A stretch of 64,000 nt of DNA from an uncultured virus (IMG/VR IMGVR_UViG_3300032167_007731) (IMGVR_UViG_3300032167_007731), one strand, 5' to 3'. Numbered from the stretch's first letter, positions 20,525 through 30,758 are shown. The notes: generated by a model from the sequence alone, not told the origin. Numbers and translations: made by a program.

Positions 20525-21535
20525 TTAATTTAACTTAATAAATTGAAAATCACTAAAATCATACTTTTTATTCAATAAATTATTAAATATACCCTCTAAA
20601 ACAGGAACACAAACACTATCTCCTGCCATTATGTACTGACTGCTATTACTAAAACCTGCTTCAGTCAATTTCTCACTATCATCAAATTCAAAACCCATTA
20701 ACTTAAAACAATTACGAGGTGTTATTCCACCTAAAACTTTACCATCACGAGCAATCATAGTAAAATTACCACCACCCTTACCATAAAAAGCAGTTATAGT
20801 TGGATATTCCCTATTATTTTGAAATCTTAAACCACTTTGTCTTAAAGTAATTACAGAATTTTCAAATTGAACATCACCCTCAAGATTTACACTATCCTCT
20901 GTATTTTTACCCATTGCATAATCAACCATTCTCTGCTGTCTATTAGTTAAAGGTCTCATATCTTTTAAGTCTATTAAATCCCACCAATTTCTATTATCAT
21001 TTCCTTCTGGAAATTCAAATAAACCGTCATCAAAATCTTTTCTTATACTTACCAAATAAACTCTATCTCTATTTTGAGGTATAAAATCTTTTGCATTTAT
21101 ACACTTCCAATAATTATTATACCCTAACATTTCTAAAGCATCACGCATAGCCTCAAAGTCTTTTTCAAATCTTTTCCCTGCTAAATTTGCAACATTCTCC
21201 ATTACACAATATTTAGGCATTTTTGCCTTTATAACTTCTAAAGCATTATAAAATAGTGTACCCCTTAAATCCTCTAAACCTTGCATTTTCCCAGCCAAAC
21301 TAAAGGTCGTGCATGGAGGACTGTAAACTAACAAATCAAAATCTTCTATTTTAGAAGTATCTATATTTGTTACATCCCACAAATTTTTATCTTCTGATAC
21401 ATTATGTAATATAGAATAAGCTCTACTTTTATCTTTCAATATCTCACAATAATTTACTAATTCTACATCTATACCAACATTTTTTAGTGCTCTCTCATAA
21501 GCACCTATTCCACTAAAAAGACTAACTACACGCAT
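20525..21535 (-). CDS. C5-cytosine DNA methyltransferase, orphan
   Basis: SLFSGIG, SPPC, ENV, QNRDRVY, AGDSV motifs. Confidence 0.93.
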   Translation of the reverse strand: MRVVSLFSGIGAYERALKNVGIDVELVNYCEILKDKSRAYSILHNVSEDKNLWDVTNIDTSKIEDFDLLVYSPPCTTFSLAGKMQGLEDLRGTLFYNALEVIKAKMPKYCVMENVANLAGKRFEKDFEAMRDALEMLGYNNYWKCINAKDFIPQNRDRVYLVSIRKDFDDGLFEFPEGNDNRNWWDLIDLKDMRPLTNRQQRMVDYAMGKNTEDSVNLEGDVQFENSVITLRQSGLRFQNNREYPTITAFYGKGGGNFTMIARDGKVLGGITPRNCFKLMGFEFDDSEKLTEAGFSNSSQYIMAGDSVCVPVLEGIFNNLLNKKYDFSDFQFIKLN

Positions 21536-21574
21536 TTTATGTAAACCTCACTTCAATAAACTATTTATAAATTT

Positions 21575-21603
21575 ATTATAACATAATAAGCAATAAAAAT
21601 CAA
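21575..21603 (-). promoter_or_regulatory. Sigma-A-like promoter (TTGATT-17-TATAAT, extended TG)
   Basis: Upstream of the C5 methyltransferase. Confidence 0.6.
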
Positions 21604-21627
21604 TACCTTAAATCATATTTCTATAAA

Positions 21628-22407
21628 TTATCTTTTACTAAGACCTATTAAAAAACTTACAACACCTATTATACAAGCAATAACACTAACTAAAATATAT
21701 CCAACATCAAAATAATATTTTATTCCACACGCAATAAACCCTAATGCCAAATATATAAACATATGAGGTCTTTGTATAATATCTCTAAAATCTATTTTAG
21801 CAATAAATACACCAACTAAACCATACAAAATTGCAAATGCAAAACTACCTAATAAATAACCCTCTGTAACATAATACATTATATATTCAAATGCTTCACT
21901 TGAATTCTCTATTACACTAATAATAGTTACTGCTATTATTAAAAGAAATAATCCTACTAACTTCTCTTTACCACTCAAATTCAAACCACTATTTGTATTA
22001 ACATAAGTAACTTTTCTCTTTTGTTGAACAGGTCTATTATAATTATTAGAGGAATAATTGATATTATCACTATAGTCATCAGAGTCATTATAATCATTAT
22101 AGTCACTATCATCATAGTCATTATTATCTTGACTATCCCTATCATCTAACCATTTATCTATATTTGTACTTCCTGAATCTACAAAATCTTCTATATCTTC
22201 ATAATTCAGAAAAGAATATTTTCCACTTTGATTTGCTTTACCTGTACCCCAAGCAGTATTTCCCTTATTAAATCCATAATCTTTACGAAGTTTATCACTA
22301 ATTTCCCTTTGAGAAAAACCATAATCATTTGCAATATCATTCTGAGAATGCCCCTCTACTATATAATCATAAATAATATCAACATCTACACTTCTATCTC
22401 GTGCCAT
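21628..22407 (-). CDS. Membrane protein with N-terminal HTH-like segment, Asp/Asn-rich linker and 4 TM helices
   Basis: SQNDIANDYGFSQREISDKL HTH-like pattern; four C-terminal hydrophobic helices. Confidence 0.5.
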   Translation of the reverse strand: MARDRSVDVDIIYDYIVEGHSQNDIANDYGFSQREISDKLRKDYGFNKGNTAWGTGKANQSGKYSFLNYEDIEDFVDSGSTNIDKWLDDRDSQDNNDYDDSDYNDYNDSDDYSDNINYSSNNYNRPVQQKRKVTYVNTNSGLNLSGKEKLVGLFLLIIAVTIISVIENSSEAFEYIMYYVTEGYLLGSFAFAILYGLVGVFIAKIDFRDIIQRPHMFIYLALGFIACGIKYYFDVGYILVSVIACIIGVVSFLIGLSKR

Positions 22408-22433
22408 ATTTACACCACCTAACTAAAAAATAA

Positions 22434-22459
22434 AGGCTGATAAACTTAATTACCAGCCT
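22434..22459 (-). terminator. Rho-independent terminator
   Basis: aggctggtaa…ttatcagcct hairpin with a T-rich tail on the minus strand. Confidence 0.6.
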
Positions 22460-22465
22460 AATATA

Positions 22466-22975
22466 TTACTCTGCATCTTCAATCTTAATTTCTTTCTTCT
22501 GAGCAGGTTTTCTTTTTCTTGTAGTCTTAGGCTTTGATACTTCTTTATCCTCTTTTACTTCTTCTACTTCTTCTTTCTCTTGTTTCAAAGCATCAAGAAC
22601 CTTATAAGTATCTTTATTCATCTCATGAATAATTTCATTAAACTTATTATCCAAATCTTCAACAGATTCTATCTTATTTTCAGATTCTACAATAGTAGAA
22701 ACTTCTTCACCTGCTTTTGTAACCTCAATTACTTCCTCATCACAATCACAATCGCAATCGCAATCAGAATTCTTTTTTCTCAAATTTCTCAAATATTCAG
22801 CAAAATCATCTTTACCTGTTGAAATAGTATCTTTTATTTCATCTGCTAAATCATCCACAGATTTCTTTTCTAACTTTGCTTTTACAGTATTAGAAATACT
22901 TTCACCATATTTACAAATAGCATAACCTGCTGCTAAACCTAAACCTAAACAAATTAATCCCGATTTCTTACTCAT
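22466..22975 (-). CDS. YtxH-like protein with a (CD)4 patch
   Basis: N-terminal GLGLAAGYA helix, charged helical body, SDCDCDCDCDEE. Confidence 0.4.
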   Translation of the reverse strand: MSKKSGLICLGLGLAAGYAICKYGESISNTVKAKLEKKSVDDLADEIKDTISTGKDDFAEYLRNLRKKNSDCDCDCDCDEEVIEVTKAGEEVSTIVESENKIESVEDLDNKFNEIIHEMNKDTYKVLDALKQEKEEVEEVKEDKEVSKPKTTRKRKPAQKKEIKIEDAE

Positions 22976-22981
22976 TACACC

Positions 22982-23515
22982 TTACTCCTTATCTAAATTT
23001 ACTTTTTTTATATTTTTAACATCTTCTAATGGTTCTACTGAACCACCTTCTAATGTATTATTTTCAATACCAATAGGACTATTAATTACTACTTTTTCTA
23101 AATTTACCTTTGTTGTATCATTCTCTATAACAATAGGTTCTTTACCATTATTAATAGTCATAGGTTCTTCAACAGAACCATATAAAAATTCACCACTTGG
23201 ACCTACTTTTGGCTCTTCTGGTTTACCAATAGAAGGTCTTATAATATTACCAATTGAAGTGTTTGGTTCAGCTTCACCTAAGCCACTCAATCTATCTACG
23301 CCATCTGATTCATAAGCAATTTCAGATGAATCCTCTTTTATCCCTGTTTTTTCTATTAAACTATCAGCACTCTTACGTATTTCATCCATACCCTGATTAA
23401 CTGTACTATCTGCTGAATTAACACCATTATTTAAGGCATCTTCAAACTTCTTTGCACCATCTTGAAGAAAAGTATCTATTTTACCTACAATATCCTTAAA
23501 TCCCATATTACACAC
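22982..23515 (-). CDS. Hypothetical low-complexity protein
   Basis: Acidic/Pro-rich; KVNLEK and KVNLDK resemble the TerD 'isLxK' motif. Confidence 0.5.
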   Translation of the reverse strand: MCNMGFKDIVGKIDTFLQDGAKKFEDALNNGVNSADSTVNQGMDEIRKSADSLIEKTGIKEDSSEIAYESDGVDRLSGLGEAEPNTSIGNIIRPSIGKPEEPKVGPSGEFLYGSVEEPMTINNGKEPIVIENDTTKVNLEKVVINSPIGIENNTLEGGSVEPLEDVKNIKKVNLDKE

Positions 23516-23611
23516 TCCCTAAAAATGAATATAGTGGTGCCATTTTATGATAAAAACAACACCACCATACCACCATTTATTTAAATTTTTAGTTAATAAC
23601 TAAATCAAGTA

Positions 23612-24376
23612 TTAACCTACATTCAAGCCATAACTTCTTGCAAGAGCAGCAAGTCCACCAGCATAACCCTGTGCAACTGCTGACATTTTCCAAGAACCAT
23701 TATGTCTATAGAATTCAACTGCAATAATCGCTGTCTCTGTTGAGAAATCTTCACCCAAATCAAATCTAATCATTTCTCTCTGAGTATCATTATCTACAAC
23801 ACGAGCAAAAGCATTTCTTACCATACCAAAGTTCTGACGTCTTGTATCAGCCTGGTCTATAGTAATTGTAATTGCAATCTTAGCAATATTTGCAGGAACT
23901 TTATCAAACTCAATAAGAATCTGTTCATCATCACCATCACCATCACCTGTGAGATTATCACCCTGATGCTGAACTGAACCATTACCACCTACAAGATTAT
24001 TGTAGAAAATAAAGTCCTGAATACCACTTGCTCTACCATTTGCATCAAGCAAGAAACAAGATGCATCCAAATCAAACTGTGCGCCAACCATAGTGTTTGC
24101 ATCCCAGCCTAAGCCTATCATTGCTCTCTTAAGAGCAGGAGCAGATTTAGAAAGGTCAATCTTTTCACCTTTTCTCAAACTAATAACTCCACCTGCAGGA
24201 GCTGCATTAGGCATAGGTGCAGGAGCACCACCCATTGGAGCAGGAGCGCCCATTGGTGCAGGAGCACCCATTGGCTGAGGTCCACCCATAGGAGCAGGAG
24301 CACCCATAGGAGTAGGAGCACCCATTGGCTGTGGAGCACCATTATTTGTACCAAAATTCATAATCAATTCCTCCAA
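23612..24376 (-). CDS. terD: TerD family protein with Pro/Met/Gly-rich N-terminal extension
   Basis: ISLRKGEKIDL…GLGWD…FDLDAS…FIFYNN…GDNLTGDGDGDDE…NFGMV…FYRHNGSWK. Confidence 0.93.
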   Translation of the reverse strand: MEELIMNFGTNNGAPQPMGAPTPMGAPAPMGGPQPMGAPAPMGAPAPMGGAPAPMPNAAPAGGVISLRKGEKIDLSKSAPALKRAMIGLGWDANTMVGAQFDLDASCFLLDANGRASGIQDFIFYNNLVGGNGSVQHQGDNLTGDGDGDDEQILIEFDKVPANIAKIAITITIDQADTRRQNFGMVRNAFARVVDNDTQREMIRFDLGEDFSTETAIIAVEFYRHNGSWKMSAVAQGYAGGLAALARSYGLNVG

Positions 24377-24424
24377 TACATGTATTATTTATTTTAACTT
24401 ATATAAGTACACAAAATCATTATA

Positions 24425-24455
24425 AAGGGTTATAGGGCAAAACTCTATAACCCTT
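24425..24455. terminator. Inverted repeat between terD genes
   Basis: aagggttatag…ctataaccctt. Confidence 0.45.
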
Positions 24456-24467
24456 ATGTAGTTTTAA

Positions 24468-25058
24468 TTAAACTGCAAGACCATAGTTGCCACAAAGAGC
24501 AGCAAGACCACCAGCAAAACCACTACCAATAGCATTGAACTTCCATTCACCATTGTTCTTGTAAAGTTCTGCTACTACAACAGCAGTTTCAATAGAATAA
24601 TCTTCACCAAGGTCATAACGAAGTAACTCTGTACCTGTTGCTTCATCTACAACTCTGATATAAGAATTTTCTACCATACCAAAGTTCTGCTTACGAGCAT
24701 CTGCCTGGTCGATAGTAACAGTAACAGCAATCTTTTCTACATCAGATTCAAGAGCAGACAAATCTACCTTGATAACTTCGTCATCTCCATCACCTGCACC
24801 TGTTCTGTTATCACCCATGTGTTCTACACCAGGAGCAGTCTTATTATTATAGAAAATAAAATTACTTTCCTTTGCTACCTTACCTGAACCATCACACATA
24901 AATACAGAAGCATCCAAATCAAAATCAGCGCCACCGTCAAATTTCTTAATGTCCCATCCAAGACCTATAAGGATTTTAGAAAGTCCACCCTGAATACCTG
25001 CATCAGCAGCCACTTTTTCCAATGAAATTTTCTGACCTTTTGCTAAACTAATTGCCAT
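24468..25058 (-). CDS. terD: TerD family protein
   Basis: [13 protein letters not shown]…GLGWD…DLDAS…[13 protein letters not shown]…[15 protein letters not shown]. Confidence 0.95.
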   Translation of the reverse strand: MAISLAKGQKISLEKVAADAGIQGGLSKILIGLGWDIKKFDGGADFDLDASVFMCDGSGKVAKESNFIFYNNKTAPGVEHMGDNRTGAGDGDDEVIKVDLSALESDVEKIAVTVTIDQADARKQNFGMVENSYIRVVDEATGTELLRYDLGEDYSIETAVVVAELYKNNGEWKFNAIGSGFAGGLAALCGNYGLAV

Positions 25059-25177
25059 TTAACAAAACCTCCTAACTAAAAATTTAAAATTTATTTTTAT
25101 ATTTTATCTTAAACTATATAATAAATTATACAGTATTAAAATCTATCTCAAAACGCAGTTATATCAACTACAATTAT

Positions 25178-25206
25178 ATTATACTACACTTTTTACTATT
25201 TGTCAA
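25178..25206 (-). promoter_or_regulatory. Consensus sigma-A promoter TTGACA-17-TATAAT
   Basis: Perfect consensus upstream of terD. Confidence 0.85.
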
Positions 25207-25268
25207 CACCTAAAATGAAAAAAGTTTAAAGTTTTTATTGTTATTTCAATAAAAAATACTACACTTAA

Positions 25269-25595
25269 TTATCCAAATAATTTAATACATAAATTACCCA
25301 AATAATCAAATAAGAATAAATAACAAAAAATTATAAAACTTATCTGAAAAATCATACTAATTATAACAGTTACCATTAAACTTTTACTTCTCTTTGGACA
25401 CTTTAATAAATAATAAAAATACCAAAACAAACCTAATATAGGAACGAAAAATGCAATTATATTTAACCAAATACTACGCTTATTTGAAGAATTCTCCCTT
25501 AACATTTCATAATGCTCTTTATTTATTCTATTCTTCTCATTCTTCTGAGCCAATTTTTCTTCTTTACTCAATACCACATCTGAAGAACTTTTCAA
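25269..25595 (-). CDS. Small 2-TM membrane protein
   Basis: IIAFFVPILGLFWY…PKRSK pattern. Confidence 0.55.
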   Translation of the reverse strand: MKSSSDVVLSKEEKLAQKNEKNRINKEHYEMLRENSSNKRSIWLNIIAFFVPILGLFWYFYYLLKCPKRSKSLMVTVIISMIFQISFIIFCYLFLFDYLGNLCIKLFG

Positions 25596-25630
25596 TACTT
25601 TTCACCCCTAAACTAAAACTTTACAAATAT

Positions 25631-25659
25631 ATTATAACAAATAAATTAGGCTTTGTCAA
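25631..25659 (-). promoter_or_regulatory. Consensus sigma-A promoter TTGACA-17-TATAAT
   Basis: Perfect consensus with extended TG. Confidence 0.85.
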
Positions 25660-25678
25660 TAACTGCAAATAAAAATAT

Positions 25679-26392
25679 TTATTTCACTATTAACTCTAAT
25701 ACAATATCATCTTTTATTTTGCTTCTTGATATACCCTCGTCACTAAAAGGAAAGTTTTGAGTCCAAGTTCTAAATTGAGCTTTATTTATATTTATATAAT
25801 TTGTACCTCTCATAAAAAACTCATATTCTCCTGCACCTGTATCATCCCAACAGACATCCACATGATAACATTTCCCATTTAAATAAACAGCATTCCAAGC
25901 ATGACCTATATTTTTACGACTTAAAAAATTAGCCTTACCTGATACATAATCACATCTTAAACCTGCTTCTTCACATAAATCTTCATACATTAAAGCATAA
26001 GCGCCACAAACACCTGTACGCAACTTAAAACAATCCATTACCTGATTTGCATCTGATATACTTGTCATATTATTACTTCTATTTGCAGTAGATATCGCAT
26101 CATAATTATAAGATAAATACTCTTTTACAAAATCATGCAATACTTGAAATTTCTCCAAATCACTTACATTACTACCATTTGGAAATAATTGTTTCACTAT
26201 ACTTTTTAACTGAACATGATAATTACCATATCTATTTACTTCTACAGTATAAATATTAGAAGTAGGTTTAACAAATGAAGAAGTCAAAGTTTCAAATATT
26301 CCTTGTTTATAACAAAAAATAAACAATATAAATAAAATAATTACTATCAAATACTTTAATATCAAAGACTCTCTATTCATTATATCACCCAC
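25679..26392 (-). CDS. Membrane-anchored transglutaminase-like (papain-fold) protein
   Basis: GVCGAYA…GHAWNAV…HVDVCWDD gives a Cys-His-Asp triad; N-terminal TM. Confidence 0.85.
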   Translation of the reverse strand: MGDIMNRESLILKYLIVIILFILFIFCYKQGIFETLTSSFVKPTSNIYTVEVNRYGNYHVQLKSIVKQLFPNGSNVSDLEKFQVLHDFVKEYLSYNYDAISTANRSNNMTSISDANQVMDCFKLRTGVCGAYALMYEDLCEEAGLRCDYVSGKANFLSRKNIGHAWNAVYLNGKCYHVDVCWDDTGAGEYEFFMRGTNYININKAQFRTWTQNFPFSDEGISRSKIKDDIVLELIVK

Positions 26393-26406
26393 TAACCTTA
26401 ATATAT

Positions 26407-27138
26407 TTATATTATCTTTTTACATTCATTTCTTATAATACAATCACTACAATTTGGATTTATAGTCTTACAATAAGTTCTACCTATTTCCCAACAAATT
26501 AAATCTATAACACCAGGAAATTCTGGATTTAACTCACGAGCTTTATATATTATAGAATCAATATCTGCATTTTGTGAAACTAAACCTGTTCTTTTCATTA
26601 TCTTTTTTATATGAACATCTGGTGAAATATCAATAGAATAATAATCAGACATAGAAACTCTAAAATCTCTAACTAGTATATTAGTCGCCATTGTTGCTAT
26701 CTTTATACCACAACCATTAAATTGTAAAAAATCATAAACTACCTTTGCACTACTTGGACTATTCTCCCAAATTCTTGACACATCACCATCATATACTTCT
26801 ACTATCCTATGAATACAATTATAAAAGACCTCTGCCATTACACTATTAAACCTATGTAATTTATTACTTTCAAAAATATCTATATAATCTCTTAAAGAAA
26901 TAGAATACAAATTTTCAATATTAAATGAACCAAGTATTAATCTTAAATCATTAGGTATAGACCACGCACGCTCTGCTTTTATTTGTCTATCCATCAAACA
27001 AGCCAATACAAATGCATGTGGATAATTTTTTATATCATTTATCAAAGTATTTGCTTTATTATCTGATAAAAAGTGTATAACTTCTTCACTTCTTTTTACA
27101 TACCTCTCTTTACCTAACTTAACCAATATATGTTCCAT
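26407..27138 (-). CDS. HhH-GPD / endonuclease III-like DNA glycosylase with 4Fe-4S motif
   Basis: FNGCGIKIA (HhH), PDVH, C-x6-C-x2-C-x5-C. Confidence 0.85.
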   Translation of the reverse strand: MEHILVKLGKERYVKRSEEVIHFLSDNKANTLINDIKNYPHAFVLACLMDRQIKAERAWSIPNDLRLILGSFNIENLYSISLRDYIDIFESNKLHRFNSVMAEVFYNCIHRIVEVYDGDVSRIWENSPSSAKVVYDFLQFNGCGIKIATMATNILVRDFRVSMSDYYSIDISPDVHIKKIMKRTGLVSQNADIDSIIYKARELNPEFPGVIDLICWEIGRTYCKTINPNCSDCIIRNECKKII

Positions 27139-27181
27139 TAAAAATATTTCACTTCCTTTAACAAATTACAAAATAATAGTA

Positions 27182-27204
27182 TGGGTGGTCTGAAAGACCA
27201 CCCA
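27182..27204. terminator. GC-rich perfect hairpin (GAA loop on + strand) after the AIM24 stop
   Basis: tgggtggtct-gaa-agaccaccca; no clear U tract. Confidence 0.5.
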
Positions 27205-27221
27205 CCAACAAATAACTAAAA

Positions 27222-27924
27222 TTAGCTATTCAAAATATTTCCTAACATACTACCTAAACCGCCAAGGCCACCGCCTCCACCATTATTGTTACCACCAAAA
27301 CCATTAAACATCTGATTTCCATCCTGTCTAAACAAATTATTATCCTGTCTAGTAGGTTTACCACCTTTACCATCCATACCAATATCAATACCTGAAGTTC
27401 TTTCATTTGGCTGAATAATAACTACTGCCTGATTCTTAAATTCAAACATATATGATTCACCTGAAGCCTGACCAATAAGGTTTTTCCAAGACAAATCAAG
27501 CTTAAATCCTGGGTCACTTCCCATCCAACATACAGCAGCATCAGGGTCAGCAGTTAATGTAGCACCATTTTGCATATTACTTAATACAATAGGGTTTCCA
27601 TCTGTTAAAACTGCAACCTGAGCATTTGGTCCAGTAGCTTCAAGAGTAGAAGTAGCTAAACCTTTCTGAGAAATAACACCCTGTGCTAAAAATCTTACAC
27701 CATATTTAATATTGTCTGTAAATGCCAAAATATTTTCACTTTCTACAGATAATCTCTGTCCTGGCTGTAAATTAAGAACAGTTACATGCTGTGCTTCATT
27801 AGCATAATATGTAATATTCTGACCACTACTTTTTACCTTCATTAAAGGTAAATTTTCACCTGTAAATCTTCTTCCTAACTGACCTAAAGCAGCCTGTAAA
27901 GGATTACCCTGAGGACCTAACAAT
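27222..27924 (-). CDS. AIM24-family (Ter-associated) protein, exon 2
   Basis: LLGPQGNP…RRFTGENLPLMKV…ENILAF…ADPDAAVCW…GESYMFEF…IIQPNE. The ORF lacks a good RBS/start and is completed by exon 1. Confidence 0.8.
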
Positions 27925-28347
27925 ACATTCAATAAAAGTCTTCCTCAATACTTTTACACTTTATTTACAATCGCAACTTGTAAATGCTATTTCGTTCACA
28001 CTAATAGCCACTCTTTCATCAAGACGTGATTAGACTATTTGTTCACCCTTAAACAAGGGGTAGGATTTTTCTTCCACCATTAGCTTGTGGTTTTACTCTC
28101 TCACCAAGAGATAGTCGTTGAACCTTCACCATTTTACAAGTGATTGGCTGCATGAACACCCATTATTACAGACCTTAGGACCTTATAAATAAGGCTTTTA
28201 TTTCACCATAGTCCATCCTTACGTTTTTTCTACTTTCGTACCATTACCATTTATGTTTTCACATTCTGTTTTGGTGTAAGGCTTTAGGGATTACCTGCAA
28301 TTAACCCTAGGCAATCACTCATTACTGAATAATTGAGGCATTATTTT
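27925..28347 (-). mobile_element. ORF-less group I intron (IA2-like), ~423 nt
   Basis: P1 with a U•G wobble (AAGGU/GCCU); P element AAUUGCAGG (28294-28302); Q CAUGCAGCC (28146-28154); R GGUUCAACGACUAU (28111-28124); S AAAUAGUCU (28032-28040). P7.1, P7.2, P8 and P9 hairpins are present. Removal restores the reading frame. Confidence 0.88.
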
Positions 28348-28481
28348 ACCTTTTCAAACTGATAATTCTTATTTCCATAGCATTCGCCACCAATAAAAGC
28401 GCCTGCCTTTGTAAAAAGAACACCAGAACCATCACAAGTTGCTTTTAATGTCAACTCATTTAAAGTTTCTAACTTATACAT
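28348..28481 (-). CDS. AIM24-family protein, exon 1 (not in ORF track)
   Basis: AGGAGG RBS, then MYKLETLNELTLKATCDGSGVLFTKAGAFIGGECYGNKNYQFEK|V. Joined to exon 2 it reads FEKVLLGP, a 278-aa product. Confidence 0.82.
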
Positions 28482-28508
28482 AGTAAAACCTCCTATATTT
28501 AACTTTTA

Positions 28509-29585
28509 TTATAATAAATTTAAACTTCTTAAATATACTAAAACTTGTTTTTCTATTTCATCAAAATTTTTTGTATATTTTATATGTAATGGTTTAACAC
28601 CTTTACTTAACATATATTCATCTTTTTTCTTATCATATAATTGTATTCTTGCCAATTGAGCTTCAGCATCTTCTATGGTATAACATCCACGCTGATATTC
28701 AATAAAAAAATGATGAAGTCCATCAAACTCTATACTACCAACTATATTTTCATTTAAATAAATCAAAAAATCATATCTCAAATATGTATGTTTATTCTGA
28801 ACTTCTCCTAATAAGTCTTGAAAAATCTGTTCCTGTTTAAAAGAAATATTTAAATTTTCTAAAATCTTCTTAATACTTTTCTCACCAAAAGATTTTCCTA
28901 AACAACCACAACTTTTTCTATGACCATTAGCAGTATGAGAAGCATCAGAAATATAAACAGAATTACAAAAAGGACATTTTAATACCCAATAAGTTTTTTC
29001 ACCACGTTTATCTATAATATCTAAAATCTGAATATTATTTACTTTTGAACCTATTAAACCTCTATCCTTATATTTTGTATTTCTATCTTTCATAACACAA
29101 CCACAATTTGTAACTCTATTAGTTACAACTTTAAAGGCTGGTAAAATAACTTCATTTCCACATAAAAGACAAGAGCACTTCCATAAAATTTTATTTTTTA
29201 TATTTTGTAGATTATATTTAGAAATATATTCTTCTTTTTCTTTCTCTGACAATATACTTATTACTTTTAAATTATTATAAATATTACCTATAAAACTATC
29301 ATCTAAATATCTTGCTCTATGTAATGCTCTATAACATCCACAAGATTTTTTTGCACCTCTAACTATATGTAATAAATTTACTTCTTTTTCTACACTTTTT
29401 TTACCACATAAACAAATACAATCACATCTAATAGAACGTCTTATAATATAAACATCTAATATTTTATAATTAAATATTACTTTATCTTTTAAATTAAATA
29501 ATTCAAAAACATTATAATCTTTAGACCATTTACATTTACTTAAAAAATTTTCATTTATTTCTTCTAAATATATTCTACTTTCCAA
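28509..29585 (-). CDS. Free-standing homing-type endonuclease: zinc-ribbon repeats plus Vsr/DUF559-like PD-(D/E)xK domain
   Basis: Three repeats of C-x-C/CxxC…(K/T)(S/N)CGC; C-terminal SFGEKSI…RYDF…IEFDGLHH…DKKKDEY. Confidence 0.75.
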   Translation of the reverse strand: MESRIYLEEINENFLSKCKWSKDYNVFELFNLKDKVIFNYKILDVYIIRRSIRCDCICLCGKKSVEKEVNLLHIVRGAKKSCGCYRALHRARYLDDSFIGNIYNNLKVISILSEKEKEEYISKYNLQNIKNKILWKCSCLLCGNEVILPAFKVVTNRVTNCGCVMKDRNTKYKDRGLIGSKVNNIQILDIIDKRGEKTYWVLKCPFCNSVYISDASHTANGHRKSCGCLGKSFGEKSIKKILENLNISFKQEQIFQDLLGEVQNKHTYLRYDFLIYLNENIVGSIEFDGLHHFFIEYQRGCYTIEDAEAQLARIQLYDKKKDEYMLSKGVKPLHIKYTKNFDEIEKQVLVYLRSLNLL

Positions 29586-29599
29586 AATATATCACACCT

Positions 29600-30553
29600 T
29601 TAGGCCAAATTAACGCCATAAAATCCACATAATCCTGCCAAATCAGTATTCAAACCTTGACCAACTGCATTGAAACGCCATTCGCCACCTTTTAGATACA
29701 ATTCACCAACAGTCATTGATGTAACTTCCTTAAAGTAATCAGTTAAATTAAACTTAATTAACTCCTTACCTGTACCCTTATCAACTACACGAACATAAGC
29801 ATTCTGAACACCACCAAAGTTATGTCCTCTTGCCTGTGCTTCATTGATACTAATAACAAATGCAATCTTAGCAACCTGTGGATTTACCCTTGATAACTGT
29901 AACTGAATAACTTCATCATCACCTACACCACTACCATCTTTATTATCACCAGAGTGCTTACAAGAACCGTCAGGAGACATAGGCTGATTGTAGAAAATAA
30001 ACCAGTCATCACCAATTACTTTACCATTTTCACCCAACATAAATGCTTCAGCATCTAAATCATAAGGAATAGCAGAATTTGTTGCTGTATCCCAACCCAA
30101 GCCTACTTCAATCAAATCAAGATTTGCACTCATTTTACTCAAGCTAACCTTCTGACCTTTTGCTAATACAACTCCACCACCATTTGGTCTTGGTGTACTA
30201 CTAAATGTAGAAGCACCACCCATAGGCTGTGTAGGTTGCATTGGTTGAGCCATTGGCTGTTGCATAGGCTGTGGATTTGACATAGGCTGCTGATAACCAT
30301 TGTTTTGCATAGGTTGAGCCATTGGCTGAGGAGCAGGCTGACCAAAACCATTATTTTGCATTCCATTATTCATAGGAGCAGACATTGGTTGAGCCATTGG
30401 CTGAGGAGCAGGTTGTGCCATAGGCTGACTCATAGGTTGATTAAAACCATTATTCTGAGGAGCAGGCTGACTACCACTATTCAAGCCACCTGAAACTAAT
30501 GTATCTAAACCTAATGCTGGTTTTACATTATTACTTATAGGTATATCAAACAT
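29600..30553 (-). CDS. terD: TerD family protein with Gln/Pro/Met-rich N-terminal disordered region
   Basis: VLAKGQKVSL…GLGWD…YDLDA…FIFYNQ…GDDEVI…ELYLKGGEWRFNAVG; QPM repeats at the N-terminus. Confidence 0.92.
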   Translation of the reverse strand: MFDIPISNNVKPALGLDTLVSGGLNSGSQPAPQNNGFNQPMSQPMAQPAPQPMAQPMSAPMNNGMQNNGFGQPAPQPMAQPMQNNGYQQPMSNPQPMQQPMAQPMQPTQPMGGASTFSSTPRPNGGGVVLAKGQKVSLSKMSANLDLIEVGLGWDTATNSAIPYDLDAEAFMLGENGKVIGDDWFIFYNQPMSPDGSCKHSGDNKDGSGVGDDEVIQLQLSRVNPQVAKIAFVISINEAQARGHNFGGVQNAYVRVVDKGTGKELIKFNLTDYFKEVTSMTVGELYLKGGEWRFNAVGQGLNTDLAGLCGFYGVNLA

Positions 30554-30624
30554 TATGACATATCCCCCTTTCTAAATTTCTAAAAAACCATAAAATTTCA
30601 GTCTCACAAAATAAGACTTACACT

Positions 30625-30656
30625 TTTATATACTTTATAGTAATTATTTATGTCCA
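30625..30656 (-). promoter_or_regulatory. TGGACATAA-N17-TATAAA promoter-like motif
   Basis: Copy upstream of terD 29600..30553. Confidence 0.55.
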
Positions 30657-30717
30657 TTTTACTTACTCAACTATTAAGTCTTTTTATTTTATGTTTTTCA
30701 AAAAACTAAACTGTAGT

Positions 30718-30758
30718 AAAAAAATAGAGTGTTAAGTCCTAAAACTCAACACTCTATT
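30718..30758 (-). terminator. Rho-independent terminator downstream of the P-type ATPase
   Basis: aatagagtgttgagt…acttaacactctatt followed by a T run on the minus strand. Confidence 0.75.

Noticed and set aside
27222..27932. ORF-track start of the AIM24 gene at TTG 27932
   Set aside because: It lies inside the intron 3' end with no good RBS. The real start is ATG 28481.
30163..30366. Alternative-frame minus-strand ORF inside terD
   Set aside because: By-product of the QPM repeat region.
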